Shown one piece after another: positions 1 to 14,034 of a DNA stretch of 64,000 nt; positions within the stretch are counted from its first letter, which is position 1, and the number at the start of each line of letters is the position of its first letter. A program made the translations under genes and the position numbers. The notes under the pieces are model-generated. The model made no database searches and was not told where the DNA came from. It saw nothing but the letters and a program-made list of their open reading frames with translations. The stretch is from Eubacteriales bacterium (GTDB taxonomy: Bacteria > Bacillota > Clostridia > Monoglobales > UMGS1388). The DNA lies in contig JAQVYH010000001.1 of assembly GCA_029004515.1 (NCBI GenBank), positions 830 to 64,829 of the forward strand, in the 5' to 3' direction.

Positions 1-1
1 A

Positions 2-934
2 TCTGCTGTATACAATCCTCTACTTATTTATGGAGAAACAGGCTTAGGAAAAACACATCTTCTACAGGCGATCGGACAAGAGCTTAAGAAAATACATCCC
101 GATTGGAGAATTACATATATTACCTCTGAAAGATTCACAACAGACCTCATTGAGGCTCTTCACAAAAAGACAAATATGTTCTTTAGAGAAACATATAGAG
201 ATAATGTTGATGTACTCCTTATAGATGATATTCAATTCTTTGCTGGCAAGGACAGAACACAGGAAGAATTCTTCCACACCTTTAATGAGCTTATTAATAA
301 AGGCAAAACCATTGTTCTCACAAGCGATCGTCCTCCAAAGGATATTTATCCTCTTGAAGACAGAATAAGAAATAGAATTGAAGGCAGTACCATGGTAGAT
401 ATTAAGCCGCCTGATTATGAAACTCGCTTGGCTATTCTTCGTAAAAAATTAGAATCTACCGAATACCGCACGGATATTCCTGATGATGTTATGGAGCTTA
501 TTGCAACACACATCAAGACAAATATAAGAGAGCTTGAAGGTGCAATTAAAAAACTTGTTGCATATAAAGAAATCTCTCATAAAGATATTAACAAAGAAAT
601 AGCAGTCAGTGTTCTTACTGATATTTTCTCTGATATTCACACTACACAGATTGATGCACAGAAGATTATCAAAGAAGTTGAAGATTATTTTAATCTCAAC
701 AGTGATGCTATTGTGAGTAAAAAGAGAAATAAAGCAATTGTTTTTCCAAGACAGCTTGCTATGTTTATATGCAGACAGCTTACCGACCTTTCACTTAATG
801 AAATGGAAAAGGAATTTAAGAGAGATCATTCTACTGTTCATACATCCATTTCAAAGATTGAAGAAGAAATGAAAACAAATCTTCATATTCAATATGAAAT
901 TAATGAACTTATAAAAAAAATAAAAGGCGAGTAA
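2..934 (+). CDS. dnaA: Chromosomal replication initiator DnaA (5'-truncated by the window edge; AAA+ and DNA-binding domains present)
   Basis: Frame 2 is open from nt 2 and reads SAVYNPLLIYGETGLGKTHLLQAIG (Walker A), DVLLIDDIQFF (Walker B) and a C-terminal FPRQLAMFICRQLT...HSTVHTSI helix-turn-helix. dnaN lies immediately downstream. Confidence 0.96.
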   Translation, partial: SAVYNPLLIYGETGLGKTHLLQAIGQELKKIHPDWRITYITSERFTTDLIEALHKKTNMFFRETYRDNVDVLLIDDIQFFAGKDRTQEEFFHTFNELINKGKTIVLTSDRPPKDIYPLEDRIRNRIEGSTMVDIKPPDYETRLAILRKKLESTEYRTDIPDDVMELIATHIKTNIRELEGAIKKLVAYKEISHKDINKEIAVSVLTDIFSDIHTTQIDAQKIIKEVEDYFNLNSDAIVSKKRNKAIVFPRQLAMFICRQLTDLSLNEMEKEFKRDHSTVHTSISKIEEEMKTNLHIQYEINELIKKIKGE

Positions 935-1255
935 GTGTTTATAACTTGTTGAAAACTTGTTTATTAACAATAGACTTTTCAACATATTCCACATTAGTTT
1001 TTTTATGGTTTTGTGTTTTTAAGAGCGTAATTTGTTTAGAAATTCTTTGATTGTTATTAATGTTTATAACTTGTAATTTACACAATCCGAATCAGAATAT
1101 TTATTAACAATGGTTTTTATTGTTAAATTCACACTTACAGAGGTTTTCCACCTTATAAACATGCCCTATAAAACACTACTATAAATTAATAATAATATAT
1201 ATATAAATTTTATTTTTCTTTTGAATAAATAATTATTAATCGGAGTTGATCATAT
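935..1255. other. Probable oriC segment in the dnaA-dnaN spacer (degenerate DnaA boxes, short repeats, AT-rich unwinding stretch)
   Basis: This is a 321-nt non-coding, very AT-rich spacer. DnaA-box-like 9-mers, each 2 mismatches from TTATCCACA, lie at 985-993 (TATTCCACA), 1125-1133 (AAATTCACA) and 1144-1152 (TTTTCCACC). TGTTTATAACTTGT is duplicated at 936-949 and 1061-1074, and TTATTAACAAT at 961-971 and 1101-1111. The stretch from about 1181 to 1240 is almost pure A/T. Confidence 0.55.
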
Positions 1256-2374
1256 ATGAGGTTTATTTGTAATAAATCAGATCTTACAAATGCAGTAAAT
1301 ATAGTTCAAAAAGCAGCACTATCAAATTCAACATCACCAGTTCTTATGGGAATATTACTTGAGGCTAAAGGAGATACACTTTCTCTCACTTGTAATAATC
1401 TAGAAATAGCTATATGTAATGTTATTCCTGCACAAGTTGATATGGAAGGCTCTGTTGTTGTTAAATGCAGTCTTTTTAGTGATATTATTAGAAAAGTTGA
1501 TGGAGATCTTGTTCATATTAATGTAAATGAAAATATGGTTGCTAATATTGTTTGTGGTGGTTCAAATTATGATATATCAGGTTTTAAGATTGATGAATTT
1601 CCGGTTCTGCCTGTTGTTGATAAAAAGAGCTCTGTAACAATAACAAAAAGACAGTTAAAAGATCTTATAAAGTGTACTACATTTGCTGCTGGTATTAGCG
1701 AAAGTAAACTTATTTTAACAGGCTGTCTTGTAGAAATAAAAAATGGTGAAATAACAATGGTTGCTGTTGATGGTTTTAGACTTGCTATCAGAACAATTAA
1801 GACTAATGCTGATACAGATGCATCATTTGTTATTCCTGCAAAGAGTCTTAATGAATTATCTAAAATTATTGAAGATTCTGATGATAATGTAGAGATTATT
1901 ATTTCTGATAAAAATATTTGCTTTGTTTATGATGGAGTTAAATTTGTTTCAAGACTTCTTGAGGGAGATTATATTCCTTATGAAAAGATAATTCCTTCTG
2001 ATTTTAAGACAATTGTTAAAGTTAGAAGTGCTGAATTTGAAAGAGCTGTTGAGAGAGCTTCTCTTATTGTAACTAATGAAATAAGCAAGGGTCCGCTTGA
2101 AAGTCCTCTTATTATTGAAATTAATGAGGGTGGACTTGAAATGTCGTGTGAAAACCAGCTTGGTAAATCTGAAGAAAGAATTTTTCCATCTATAGACGGA
2201 GAAGCCTTAAAAATTGGGTTTAATCATAAATACCTTCTTGATGCAGTAAAGGTATGTCCAGAAGATGAATATTTCATAGGATTTGGTTCTCCACAGTCGC
2301 CTTGTTTAATTTATCCTGCAGATGGGAATAATGCTTTTAAGTATATAGTAGTACCTGTTAAACTAAGAGGATAA
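1256..2374 (+). CDS. dnaN: DNA polymerase III beta sliding clamp
   Basis: 372-aa ORF directly after dnaA. The N-terminus MRFICNKSDLTNAVNIVQKAA and overall length are typical of DnaN. GGAG lies about 10 nt upstream of the ATG. Confidence 0.95.
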   Translation: MRFICNKSDLTNAVNIVQKAALSNSTSPVLMGILLEAKGDTLSLTCNNLEIAICNVIPAQVDMEGSVVVKCSLFSDIIRKVDGDLVHINVNENMVANIVCGGSNYDISGFKIDEFPVLPVVDKKSSVTITKRQLKDLIKCTTFAAGISESKLILTGCLVEIKNGEITMVAVDGFRLAIRTIKTNADTDASFVIPAKSLNELSKIIEDSDDNVEIIISDKNICFVYDGVKFVSRLLEGDYIPYEKIIPSDFKTIVKVRSAEFERAVERASLIVTNEISKGPLESPLIIEINEGGLEMSCENQLGKSEERIFPSIDGEALKIGFNHKYLLDAVKVCPEDEYFIGFGSPQSPCLIYPADGNNAFKYIVVPVKLRG

Positions 2375-2392
2375 TATAAAAGGACTGATTAT

Positions 2393-2599
2393 ATGGAAAA
2401 TATAAAAATTAATACTGAATATATAAAGCTTGATAGTTTTCTTAAATTTACCGGTGATTTTGGTTCTGGTGTGGAAGCAAAGTTTTACATACTAGATGGT
2501 AATGTTAAAGTAAATGGTGAAAAAGAGATTCGTAGAGGAAAAAAGCTATATAAAGGTGATATAGTTACTACTGAATTCGGAGAATATAATGTTTGTTGA
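2393..2599 (+). CDS. yaaA: S4-domain RNA-binding protein (YaaA-like)
   Basis: 68-aa ORF between dnaN and recF, the conserved Firmicute position. It carries an S4-like KLDSFLKFTG...RRGKKLYKGDIV sequence. Confidence 0.85.
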   Translation: MENIKINTEYIKLDSFLKFTGDFGSGVEAKFYILDGNVKVNGEKEIRRGKKLYKGDIVTTEFGEYNVC

Positions 2600-3663
2600 T
2601 AATGTAAAATTATTAAACTTTAGAAATTATGAATATGGAAAAGTAGCCTTTAATCCCGGAGCAAACTTCATTTATGGAAGTAATGCATCAGGTAAAACAA
2701 ATGTTATTGAATCAATTTATCTAGCAGCAACAACAAAATCACATAGGTTTTCTAAAGATAAAGAGATGATAATGTATGATAAGGAAAGTTCTAAAATATC
2801 TGTATCATTTAATTCATCAAACAGACTAAACAGAAGTGATATAATACTTAATAATTCAAAAAAAAAGCAACTCTTTAAAAATGGAGTACCTATTACAAAA
2901 TCTAGTGAAATGTTGGGATTTTTAAACGTGGTTTTATTTTGTCCTGATGATTTGAGACTAATTAAAGGGTCACCTCGTGAGAGACGAAGAATGATTGATA
3001 TGGGGATATGCCAGTTAAGGGCTTCATATTTTAATGCTTTAATTAATTACAATCACATTCTTGAACAAAAAAACAATCTATTAAAGATAAATCCTGAATC
3101 AGACCAGATATGGATTTGGAATCATAAGCTATGTGAATATGGTGGATATATTTCTTATATAAGACAGAATTATATTAAAAACATAAACAAGTATGCACAA
3201 GCCTATCATAGCTCCATATGCAAAGAAAGATTGCATATTTTATATAACTCAGGGATTGGTTCTATATCTGAAGAGCTGACAAGAGAAGAATTTACTTCTT
3301 ATATGGAAAAAGAGATTGAAAAGAACACAGACAGAGAAATCAAAAATAAGTTAAGTATAATAGGTCCTCATAGAGATGATTTTACAGCTTTTTTAGATGA
3401 TAAAGAGGCTAAAATATATGGATCTCAAGGACAACAAAGAACAATCTCAATATGTCTTAAGCTTGCAGAAGTTGATATAATAAAAATTGATAAAAGAGAA
3501 TCACCTGTACTTTTACTAGATGATGCTCTTGGTGAATTAGATAGTAAGAGACAACAATTTGTTCTTAAAAATTTTGATAATATTCAAACTATAATAACTG
3601 GTACAAAACAGTTAGAATTAGAAAATATAAAGAATATTAATATGATAAAAGTTGAGGATATAC

Positions 3664-3683
<20 letters not shown>
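2589..3683 (+). CDS. recF: DNA replication and repair protein RecF
   Basis: N-terminal LLNFRNYEYGKVAFNPGANFIYGSNASGKTNVIESIY (Walker A), SQGQQRT signature and LLLDDALGELD Walker B. It overlaps the yaaA stop by 11 nt. Confidence 0.94.
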
Positions 3684-5930
<2,247 letters not shown>

Positions 5931-5962
5931 GCCTTATTAACATATCAAACGGAGGCAGAATT

Positions 5963-8509
5963 ATGGCTAAAAAAAATAGAAAGTATGAAGATTCTCATTT
6001 TGAAGAATACTTTGATACCCAAACAATTATAAATGTTGATATAGAGCAGCGTATGAGAGAGGCTTTTATCGATTATGCCATGAGTGTAATCATAAGTCGT
6101 GCTCTTCCTGATGTAAGAGATGGACTTAAGCCTGTTCACAGAAGAATTCTTTATTCAATGCATGAAGAACATCTTACTGCAGACAAGCCTTTCTTCAAAT
6201 CTGCTACAACCGTAGGTAATGTTATCGGTAGGTATCATCCGCACGGTGATGCATCTGTATATGATGCGATGGTAAGACTTGCACAGGATTTCTCAATGAG
6301 ATATCCGCTTATAGATGGTCATGGTAACTTTGGTTCAGTAGATGGTGACCCACCTGCTGCTTACCGTTATACAGAAGCCAGGATGAGTAAGCTTTCAAAT
6401 GTATTACTCGAAAACATTGATAAAGACACAGTAGACTTTGCTCCTAACTTTGATGAAAAGAGAAGAGAACCTGTTGTTCTTCCTACAAGAATACCTACTC
6501 TTCTTATTAATGGTAGTTCAGGTATTGCTGTAGGTATGGCAACTAACATTCCGCCGCATAATCTAACAGAAGTCTTAGATGGTGTAATAGCTCAGATTGA
6601 CAATCCCGAAATTACTGTTGATGAGCTTATGGAATATATTAAGGGTCCTGACTTCCCAACAAGATCATTTATCATGGGAAGAAACGGCATCAGAAGTGCT
6701 TATGAAACAGGTAGAGGCAAAATTATCATAAGATCTAAAGCAGAGATTGAAGAACATAAAGATGGTACATCTTCGATTATTGTAACAGAGCTTCCATATC
6801 AGGTTAATAAGAAAACACTTGTTGAATCTATAGCTGAAATGGTTAAAGATAAGAGAATAGAAGGGCTTTCTGACATCGATGACCATTCATCCGATCGTAT
6901 TGGTATAAGATTAGAAATTTTCCTTAAAAGAGATGCAAATCCACAGGTAATTCTTAATCAGTTATATAAGTTTACAAGATTGCAAGATAGTTTTTCAATA
7001 AATATGATTGCAATTAAAGATGGTAAGCCTAAGACAATGGGTCTTAAGGAGATTCTTGAACAGTTTATCATTTTCCAGGAAGAGATTGTTACTCGTCGTA
7101 CACAGTTTGACCTTGACAAAGCTGAAGCAAGAATGCATATTTTAGAAGGTTTAAAAATTGCTCTTGCTAATATCGATGAAATCATCAATATTATAAGAAA
7201 TTCATATGATGATGCCAAGGAAAGACTTATGGAGCACTTTAATATGTCAGATATTCAGGCGCAGAGCGTACTGGATATGAGACTTGGACAACTCCAGAAG
7301 TTGAACGGTGAAAAAATCGAAAATGAATATAATGAGCTTTTTGCGAAGGTAAATGAATATAAAGAACTTCTTGGTGATAGAAACAAGCTTATGGAAAAAA
7401 TCAAGGATGAACTTAATGAAATCCGTGATAGATACGGTGATGAAAGAGCGACTGAAATCTGTGCAGCAGTGGACGATATAGACTTTGAAGATATGATTGA
7501 TGACGAAGAATGTGTTGTTACAATGACAAACTTCGGTTATGTTAAGAGAATGCCAAGCGATACATATCGTCAGCAAAACAGAGGTGGTCGTGGTATAACC
7601 GGTCTTCAGACAAGAGAAGAAGATTTTGTTAAGGATATGTTCAGTTGCAGAACTTTAAGCCACCTTATGTTCTTTACTGATAAGGGTAGAGTTTATAGAC
7701 TTAAGGCATATCAGATTCCTGAGGCAAGCCGACAGGCAAAGGGAACAGCAGTTGTTAATATTCTTCCTGTTGAAACAGGTGAAAAGGTAACAGCGGTCAT
7801 TCCTTTAGACAACTTTGATGAAGAGAAGTACCTTCTTATGATAACAAGGAAGGGCACAATTAAGAAAACACCGCTTGGTGAATATGATACTGCAAGAAAA
7901 GGCGGTATAAGAGGCATTGATCTTGTTGAAGATGATGAGCTTATTCAGGTTGTTGTTACTGATGGAAACAATGATATAATTATTGGTAGCCATAATGGAC
8001 AGGCTATCCGCTTTAATGAAAAGGATGTTCGTCCAATGGGTAGAGTTTCACGAGGTGTAAGAGGTATACGCCTTAACGATGGTGACTATGTAATTGGTAT
8101 GGGTACTGTTGAAGAAGACGCTACACTTCTTGTAATTAGTGAAAAGGGCTTCGGTAAGAGAACCAATTTTGATGAATATCGAGTTCAAACAAGAGGCGGT
8201 AAGGGTGTTGCAACATATAAAGTTTCAGAAGCAACAGGTTGTCCTATCGCAATTGCAACGGTTAAAGAAAATAACGATATCATGCTTATTGCATCTGATA
8301 GTGTAATAATCCGTATGGATGCACAAAAGATAAGTCGGTTTGGCAGAGTAACAAAGGGCGTAAGACTCATGCGTCTTGAAGATGATGTTACAATCGTAGG
8401 TTCTGCTGTTGTAGAAAAGAGTGAAGAAATTGAAGAATCAGAAGAAACACTTGAAAATGAAGTAAATACAACTATAAATGAGGAGGTTGTAACAGATGGC
8501 AACGAATAA
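5963..8509 (+). CDS. gyrA: DNA gyrase subunit A
   Basis: [18 protein letters not shown], the QRDR-type segment [20 protein letters not shown], the active-site [10 protein letters not shown], and C-terminal beta-pinwheel repeats with an acidic tail. Confidence 0.97.
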   Translation: MAKKNRKYEDSHFEEYFDTQTIINVDIEQRMREAFIDYAMSVIISRALPDVRDGLKPVHRRILYSMHEEHLTADKPFFKSATTVGNVIGRYHPHGDASVYDAMVRLAQDFSMRYPLIDGHGNFGSVDGDPPAAYRYTEARMSKLSNVLLENIDKDTVDFAPNFDEKRREPVVLPTRIPTLLINGSSGIAVGMATNIPPHNLTEVLDGVIAQIDNPEITVDELMEYIKGPDFPTRSFIMGRNGIRSAYETGRGKIIIRSKAEIEEHKDGTSSIIVTELPYQVNKKTLVESIAEMVKDKRIEGLSDIDDHSSDRIGIRLEIFLKRDANPQVILNQLYKFTRLQDSFSINMIAIKDGKPKTMGLKEILEQFIIFQEEIVTRRTQFDLDKAEARMHILEGLKIALANIDEIINIIRNSYDDAKERLMEHFNMSDIQAQSVLDMRLGQLQKLNGEKIENEYNELFAKVNEYKELLGDRNKLMEKIKDELNEIRDRYGDERATEICAAVDDIDFEDMIDDEECVVTMTNFGYVKRMPSDTYRQQNRGGRGITGLQTREEDFVKDMFSCRTLSHLMFFTDKGRVYRLKAYQIPEASRQAKGTAVVNILPVETGEKVTAVIPLDNFDEEKYLLMITRKGTIKKTPLGEYDTARKGGIRGIDLVEDDELIQVVVTDGNNDIIIGSHNGQAIRFNEKDVRPMGRVSRGVRGIRLNDGDYVIGMGTVEEDATLLVISEKGFGKRTNFDEYRVQTRGGKGVATYKVSEATGCPIAIATVKENNDIMLIASDSVIIRMDAQKISRFGRVTKGVRLMRLEDDVTIVGSAVVEKSEEIEESEETLENEVNTTINEEVVTDGNE

Positions 8510-9203
8510 ATTTGCAGTTTACACTGAAAGGGATTTATTAACAATCATAGACGGATTATCAAACGACACACTCAGATTTACTATTCCTGAGCTTAAAGAG
8601 CTTCAATCAGAACTTATTAACAGGAGAGTTGATGGTCAACAGATCACAGCAGTAAGTAACCTTATAATGAAGCAGATGTCAGAATCATCAGATAAATCTG
8701 TTGATAAGAAGAAATTCACCAAGAGAGGCGCTGCAATAGAGCAGGCTGAAAAGGAAAACATATTCCTTAAAGAACCTGAAGTTGAAGAAATAGCCCCTGA
8801 AAAGGCAAATGAAGATGCTGTGGAGCCCAAGAAGAAGACAAGAGAAACGCTTGTGGAAACACCAGAAGTAAAGCCTGAAAAAGAAAAGTTTGCATATATT
8901 GATGAAGAAGAATATGAAGACTATTATGATGACGGCGATGAAAGATTCCCAATTTTAGGATTCCTCACAGCATTCTATAAAATTGTAGGATGGCTTGGTG
9001 TTGTTGCTATTATTGGTGCAACAGTTATACTTTCAATAATCTATGAGCTTCAAAAGCCAATCGTTATCATGGCGATTGCAGGTAGCGTTGTTGTTTCAGC
9101 TGTTTTCATTCTTTTGATGTCTGCAAAGGCAGAAAAGATTGCTCTTGACCTTGAAAAAGAAAAGCACCTCAGAAGAATCAGAGATTTACTTAGAAAACAA
9201 TGA
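8496..9203 (+). CDS. Hypothetical membrane protein (acidic/lysine-rich linker, two C-terminal TM helices)
   Basis: GAGGAGG lies 8 nt upstream of the ATG, and the ATG overlaps the gyrA 3' end by 14 nt. Hydrophobic segments [32 protein letters not shown] and [21 protein letters not shown] recognise no family. Confidence 0.65.
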   Translation: MATNKFAVYTERDLLTIIDGLSNDTLRFTIPELKELQSELINRRVDGQQITAVSNLIMKQMSESSDKSVDKKKFTKRGAAIEQAEKENIFLKEPEVEEIAPEKANEDAVEPKKKTRETLVETPEVKPEKEKFAYIDEEEYEDYYDDGDERFPILGFLTAFYKIVGWLGVVAIIGATVILSIIYELQKPIVIMAIAGSVVVSAVFILLMSAKAEKIALDLEKEKHLRRIRDLLRKQ

Positions 9204-11266
9204 TTAAGAAATTAGTATACTTATCTATAATGTTTATTATTATCTTCTGCACTAATGTTAGTGCAGAAGATAATAGTGTTTTACAGAAAATTAAAGAAAA
9301 AATCAACATACCTGATAATTACTCCATATTCAGCAGTGCTACAACAGACGGCGCCCAAAAGTACTGGTGGAGAACTCCTTCTGATGAAAAAAATGGTGGA
9401 GAAATATCAATCACAGTTGATCTTAACGGAAATATAGTGGATTACTATCATTTTAAGAATGATTATGTAAGCAAAGATGAGGGTGCACATTTCTCTGTGT
9501 ATAACAGAAGTGATTCTCGTCATATTGCGATGAAATTCGTTGAGAAGGTATGTCCTGAATTAGCTGATAAAATAGAATATAACAGTAAATCTTTGGAGTC
9601 TGATATCTCTAAGAATTTAAAGACTGCAACAATTTCTTTTTATAGGGTTGAAAATAAAGTCCCTTTGTATGATAATTCAATGAAATTTGTAATTGACCTT
9701 AACACAGCGCAGGTTATCCAGTATAACCTTGTTTGGGATTATGATAGTGAATTATCCGATAAAGGTAATATAGAAAGTGCTCCTGTAGCGCTAAGTAATT
9801 ATATCGAAAACGTTGGAATCGTTCTAAACTATAAGCTAAGCATTGGTAATGGGAATAAAAAAGCGTTCCTTGTATACTCTCCCACAAATGAAAATGCGGT
9901 TATCGATGGGCAAACAGGAAATGTAATAATAAAAGATAATAATCTCGAACAGAATTTCATTAATCAGTATTATAACGAGCCAGTCGGAGAAACTTTTACT
10001 GAAAAAGAACTTTTGTCTCTTGCGAAGCTTGGTAAATTCATTTCTATATCTGATGCGCAGGAAAAGGTCAGAAATATTAAGGAATTATCTTTAACAAATG
10101 ATTATGACTTAACATATTCAAAATATGAAAAGACAGAGGATAGATATTATATTTATCTCGAGTTTTCTCATATACCCAATACTGATTTTAATGCAATGAA
10201 CAATGAGGAAAAGCTGATGTATCTGGCAGGGGATAATAGCTATGTCAGAGTTAAGCTAGATATGCAGACAGGCGAAGTTGTATCTGCTAAAACATATAAT
10301 AAAGAAGCGGTTCTGCAGAGCGAACCTGTTGATATCGAGCTATTAAAGCAAAATGCTGATGCTTTCTTACAAAATAATATGAATACCTTATATTCCTCCT
10401 GTGTTTATCATGAAGAAAAATCCTATATAAACGATGAAATATGTAAGTTTGTATATATTTGTAATGTGGATGGTATTCCTTTTGACGGCAATAATATAAC
10501 GGTGGAATACGATAGAAACACAGGCAGTATGACAGCAGTAGAATGTAATTGGAATTACAATGTGGAATTTGAAAGTAACGATAATGTGATAGGTGCAAGC
10601 TTAGCAAGTAAGGTATTCTTTGATAGAATACCATTGCAGCCGGCGTATATATATGTAGGTAATCAGCTAAGATATGTATATGACCTCTATCCATTCTATC
10701 CAAAAGCTATAAATGCTAAGGATGGCGAGCTAATTAATCCTGATGGTACAAGATACAGCATTAAGAATTATAACTATTATGCTGATATTGAGGGACATTA
10801 TGCACAGGGTATGATAATGCGTCTTACTAATAACTATATCGTGAGCTCGGGTTATAATGATGGATTCTATCCCGATGCAAATATTTCACAAGAGGATTTT
10901 CTCTCATGGATGGTAACTGCACTAAAAGGCACAACATATGAAAGCACAGAGCAGTTATATAAATATCTGATGATGAATGATATTATTTCTGCTAATGAGG
11001 CTGATCCTGACTCAGAAATATTAAAGGAAGATGCAATTGTATTCTTTATAAGAGCTCTTGGTTATGATTATATTGCACGGGCAACGGATATCTATAAACT
11101 GCCCTATGTTGATACGAATATAATAACACCAAGCAAGATAGGCTACATAGCTTTGGCAAAGGGAATTGGTATGGTAGATGGTGATGAAAATAACAAGATA
11201 TCACCTAAAACCCCTCTTACCCGCGGTGATGCAAGTTGTATTATATATAAATATTTAGACAGATAA
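9200..11266 (+). CDS. Secreted protein of unknown function with C-terminal SLH-like segments
   Basis: ATGA start/stop overlap with the previous ORF. Signal-like N-terminus [25 protein letters not shown]-terminal ADIEGHYAQGMIMRL...FYPDANISQEDFLSWMV and PSKIGYIALAKGIGMVDGD...ISPKTPLTRGDASCIIYKYL resemble S-layer-homology repeats. Confidence 0.7.
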   Translation: MIKKLVYLSIMFIIIFCTNVSAEDNSVLQKIKEKINIPDNYSIFSSATTDGAQKYWWRTPSDEKNGGEISITVDLNGNIVDYYHFKNDYVSKDEGAHFSVYNRSDSRHIAMKFVEKVCPELADKIEYNSKSLESDISKNLKTATISFYRVENKVPLYDNSMKFVIDLNTAQVIQYNLVWDYDSELSDKGNIESAPVALSNYIENVGIVLNYKLSIGNGNKKAFLVYSPTNENAVIDGQTGNVIIKDNNLEQNFINQYYNEPVGETFTEKELLSLAKLGKFISISDAQEKVRNIKELSLTNDYDLTYSKYEKTEDRYYIYLEFSHIPNTDFNAMNNEEKLMYLAGDNSYVRVKLDMQTGEVVSAKTYNKEAVLQSEPVDIELLKQNADAFLQNNMNTLYSSCVYHEEKSYINDEICKFVYICNVDGIPFDGNNITVEYDRNTGSMTAVECNWNYNVEFESNDNVIGASLASKVFFDRIPLQPAYIYVGNQLRYVYDLYPFYPKAINAKDGELINPDGTRYSIKNYNYYADIEGHYAQGMIMRLTNNYIVSSGYNDGFYPDANISQEDFLSWMVTALKGTTYESTEQLYKYLMMNDIISANEADPDSEILKEDAIVFFIRALGYDYIARATDIYKLPYVDTNIITPSKIGYIALAKGIGMVDGDENNKISPKTPLTRGDASCIIYKYLDR

Positions 11267-11281
11267 AAATGGTGATGTTCT

Positions 11282-11580
11282 AAAAAGTGCAGACCGCATA
11301 AAACAAGGGAAAATGGATTTAATTAGCCAAATGAACACATAAATTATGAATCATGTAGTAAAATTTGCGAAACTAAAATTTACCTTGAATTAATGCTTTA
11401 TTCTATGAACAAACCTCACCATATAAAACATTTACGAAAGTAAATGTTTCAACTAAACGCCTGAACACAAGTGTTTTGCGAAGCAATAAGTGTGGTAGTG
11501 GCGGTTTTAGCGAGAGTATATAAATACACCTTCGGGTCGCTCCTTTACTCTCTTTCGGTTTGTCCATTTGCAACTAAATG
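11282..11580 (+). repeat. Copy C of a dispersed structured intergenic repeat family (composite, interrupted)
   Basis: It shares the modules AAAAAGTGCAGACCGC (11282-11297), TATGAACAAACCTCACC (11404-11420), ACACCTTCGGG and TTCGGTTTGTCCATTT (11554-11569) with the copies at 25075-25217 and 28291-28542. Confidence 0.7.
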
Positions 11581-11631
11581 CCTGAACACAAGTGTTTTGC
11601 GAAGCAAAAAGTGCGATAGTGACGGCTTTAG
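11450..11631 (+). repeat. Two 61-nt direct repeats with a 121-nt period
   Basis: 11450-11510 and 11571-11631 (CAACTAAAYGCCTGAACACAAGTGTTTTGCGAAGCAA...) differ at 6 of 61 positions. Confidence 0.85.
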
Positions 11632-11664
11632 TACGTATTTTTACCTATTCACTTATAAAAACGT

Positions 11665-11699
11665 AGGCTGTTTAAAAACAAATTGTTTTTAAACAGCCT
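11665..11699. terminator. Bidirectional Rho-independent terminator between convergent genes
   Basis: AGGCTGTTTAAAAACA / TGTTTTTAAACAGCCT form a perfect 16-bp stem with a 3-nt loop and T-rich flanks on both strands. It lies 15 nt beyond the serS stop. Confidence 0.8.
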
Positions 11700-11714
11700 T
11701 ATTTTTATTATCAT

Positions 11715-12980
<1,266 letters not shown>

Positions 12981-13136
12981 TTGTACATCGACCTTTCCTT
13001 ATTAAAAATCGTATAGATTATAAATTATGAACTATATTTTGTCTATAGGTATTGAATATCAAATATTTTGCGTTTTGAGCGACTTTTAATGATATATGGG
13101 AAATCATATTGGTTATATTCTGAAATAGCCTTAGAA

Positions 13137-14024
13137 TTAAATACTTAATCCCAAATAATTAAGAATTTTTTCCAAATCTTCGTTATTGTAGTAGTCAATC
13201 TCAATTTTATTCTTTCTCGTTCCTTCTGAAAGTGTAACCTTGTATCCGAGCCTTTTTGAAAGTCTTGTTTCGATATCGGCAATGTATATATCCTTGTCTT
13301 TTTTAGGCAGTCTTTCTTTTCTGTCTTTATTGAGATTTTTAACAAGAAGTTCGGTATCTCTAACGCTTAAGTCATGCTTAATTATTTCATTTGCAACTGC
13401 AATCTGTCCCTCTTTATCTGTGATTGTCACAAGGCATCTTGCATGACCGCTGAAAATTCTGCCTGTCCTTACATACTCTAGAACCTGATCACAGAGAGTA
13501 AGAAGTCTTAGCGAATTTGCTATAGCAGGACGGCTTTTGCCGATTCTAATGCTGATTTGCTCCTGTGTAAGAGAATACTTGTCCATAAGTTCTCTGTAAC
13601 CAAGTGCTTCTTCGATAGGATTGAGGTCTTCTCTTTGGAGGTTTTCTATAAGAGCTATCTCCATAACAGTTTGCTCGTTATAATCTTTGATAATTGCAGG
13701 GATTGTCTTAAGTCCTGCAATTCTTGAAGCACGCCATCTACGCTCGCCGGCTACGATTGTATAACGATTTTCTTTGATTTTCTGAACTACAATTGGCTGT
13801 ATAACGCCATATTCTGCTATTGAATCAGCTAACGCTTTGAGTGCATCTTCGTCAAAATCTTTACGAGGCTGCCCTTTGTTTGGCTCAATTGTAGATAATT
13901 TCAGTTCTAATACTGCTTTTCCCTCAGAAATGGAATCATCATTATTCATAACCGCTGCATTCTTTTCAAACTCGGGAATAAGCGCATCTATGCCTTTTCC
14001 AAGGCCTTTTTTCTTTATTGCCAT
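13137..14024 (-). CDS. spo0J: Chromosome partitioning protein ParB/Spo0J
   Basis: ParB box IEPNKGQPRKDFDEDAL...YGVIQPIVV...IVAGERRWRASR and an HTH segment LTQEQISIRIGKSRPAIANSLRLL. It lies directly downstream of soj. Confidence 0.93.
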   Translation of the reverse strand: MAIKKKGLGKGIDALIPEFEKNAAVMNNDDSISEGKAVLELKLSTIEPNKGQPRKDFDEDALKALADSIAEYGVIQPIVVQKIKENRYTIVAGERRWRASRIAGLKTIPAIIKDYNEQTVMEIALIENLQREDLNPIEEALGYRELMDKYSLTQEQISIRIGKSRPAIANSLRLLTLCDQVLEYVRTGRIFSGHARCLVTITDKEGQIAVANEIIKHDLSVRDTELLVKNLNKDRKERLPKKDKDIYIADIETRLSKRLGYKVTLSEGTRKNKIEIDYYNNEDLEKILNYLGLSI

Positions 14025-14034
14025 GGTACTCGCC

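Noticed and set aside
11471-11692. 73-aa ORF inside the repeat-rich gap upstream of the serS terminator.
   Set aside because: It spans both 61-nt direct repeats and the terminator hairpin, has no RBS, and starts at a GTG inside a repeat. It is most likely an artefact of non-coding repeat DNA.
12981-13136. Expected T-box leader upstream of serS. I made the same check for proBA at 20222-20282.
   Set aside because: Only 156 nt (about 60 nt for proB) are available. I see no specifier-loop or T-box core sequence on the minus strand. These are probably simple promoters or read-through from upstream genes.
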